Shown here piece by piece: positions 53,547 through 54,425 of a DNA stretch of 54,425 nucleotides. Source of the DNA: Acidobacteriota bacterium (GTDB lineage: Bacteria > Acidobacteriota > Terriglobia > Bryobacterales > Bryobacteraceae); the NCBI GenBank assembly GCA_040007195.1, contig JBDTVQ010000001.1, forward strand, positions 1-54,425, written 5' to 3'. Under the pieces are notes generated by a model. That model was given only the letters and a program-made list of their open reading frames with translations. It was not told the origin of the DNA and made no database searches. Numbering within the stretch: the first letter of the stretch is position 1; the number at the start of each line of letters is the position of its first letter. The position numbers and the translations under genes are program-made.

Positions 53547-54425
53547 CTACGGCAGTCCGTTTGCGGCTTCGCGATTTTGGGCCACAACCTTGAGTTTTCC
53601 CGCGGCCGCCAGGCAGTCCCGAATTTCGATCTGCAAGGAATTCAGCATTGCCAGTGCGCCGGACATCGTTTGAGAGTTCGCCCGCGGCGCTACGGGGCCG
53701 GCGACCGAGAACCAGTCAAAAACCTGGTTTACTGCCGGTTCGACGCGAAGCTGGAGGGCAACAGCTCTGCTTTGCCAGGGCGCTCGCGATGAGTCGGCCA
53801 AGGGATGACCGCTCTCCGCCGGCAAGCCGCCCAGCACAGGCTCGATGCGGCTTTGGAGCGTCTGGAGTCCTTCGCGGAGGGCGGTGGTGTGGCCGTCCAC
53901 CATCTTGAGCAATTGCTCGTTGAGGAAGGGACTCAGATGGCGTGTCCGGTCGGGTGGAAACTGCTGGGCCAAATGTCGGAGGGCCCAGGCTTCACCAGAC
54001 ACCTGCTCGGATTCCAGTACGACCGCATTCATGAGGTTAAACAGTTCACGCTCTGAGGTCCGGGTTCCTACACGCAGGTTTTCGCGAAGCCATGATTCGA
54101 TTGGTGGAGCAATACGGGCGCTCGACGCCGTGGGAAAAGGCGAGGCGCCGATGACCACTTCCTCGTTCTGGCTTGGATAACTGAGGCGAACGTCGATGAT
54201 CTCGGGCCGCCCGATTCCCTGGAGCACACCGCTCAAATGGTCTTGCTGATCCTGGGACTGGACGTAGCCGGAGATCACGACTGAAGAGTTCGCGCGATGC
54301 ACCGTGATTCCCGAATTCACGCAAAGTTTTAGACGATGCAGCTCAGCCAGGGCCTGAATCTCGACCGAGAGCAGTTCTTCCTCAGTTGGTTTGGAGAACG
54401 ATGGAGGCAGTTGATTTGTGGCAGG
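53547..54425 (-). CDS. Hypothetical protein, N-terminus beyond the window edge
   Basis: The reading frame is open from 54425 with no stop (PATNQLPPSFSKPTEEELLSVEIQALAELHRLKLCVNSGITVHR...). No family was recognised. Confidence 0.5.
   Translation of the reverse strand, partial: PATNQLPPSFSKPTEEELLSVEIQALAELHRLKLCVNSGITVHRANSSVVISGYVQSQDQQDHLSGVLQGIGRPEIIDVRLSYPSQNEEVVIGASPFPTASSARIAPPIESWLRENLRVGTRTSERELFNLMNAVVLESEQVSGEAWALRHLAQQFPPDRTRHLSPFLNEQLLKMVDGHTTALREGLQTLQSRIEPVLGGLPAESGHPLADSSRAPWQSRAVALQLRVEPAVNQVFDWFSVAGPVAPRANSQTMSGALAMLNSLQIEIRDCLAAAGKLKVVAQNREAANGLP

Noticed and set aside
1-54425. CRISPR arrays, rRNA genes, intact tRNAs and long tandem repeats
   Set aside because: None were seen when reading the intergenic regions. 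The only repeats found are the short ones reported above and the paralogous gene families.

Overview
This is a high-GC bacterial chromosomal segment. Its gene content (CarboxypepD_reg-type TonB-dependent receptors, a PEP-CTERM protein, a PSCyt/PSD + DUF1501 pair, many BNR propellers) looks acidobacterial, Solibacter/Bryobacter-like; that assignment is inference only. The window has two very different parts. (1) Positions 1 to about 7.0 kb are a decayed accessory/mobile region. It holds a serine recombinase with an in-frame TGA, two orphan tRNA 3' halves (Phe-GAA, Thr-CGU), a SIR2-type defence-domain gene remnant cut off by nested IS fragments (IS1380/IS4-like carrying a TAG nonsense codon, then an IS21 IstA fragment), three co-directional orphan genes, and an hcp (T6SS tube) gene with a TAA nonsense codon. 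(2) Positions about 7.0 to 53.5 kb are a very large secreted-enzyme and glycan-utilisation region. It has LacI, IclR and AraC regulators, two TonB-dependent receptors, an M4 metalloprotease, and a lactonase + ThuA pair. It also has three paralogous FAD oxidoreductases, six copies of a BNR/sialidase-like propeller (one fused to a cysteine-less FGE-like domain, two fused to each other), an iduronate-2-sulfatase-like sulfatase, DHDPS- and RraA-family aldolase-like genes and an MFS transporter. A PSCyt/PSD (two CxxCH motifs) + DUF1501 pair sits inside an 18-kb, ten-gene operon. That operon (35.4-53.5 kb) together with the 25.4-34.4 kb cluster is my best candidate for an undescribed system: a periplasmic oxidative pathway for a sulfated acidic glycan. 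No rRNA, intact tRNA or CRISPR array was seen. All family assignments rest on motifs read by eye from the translations, and no database search was possible.
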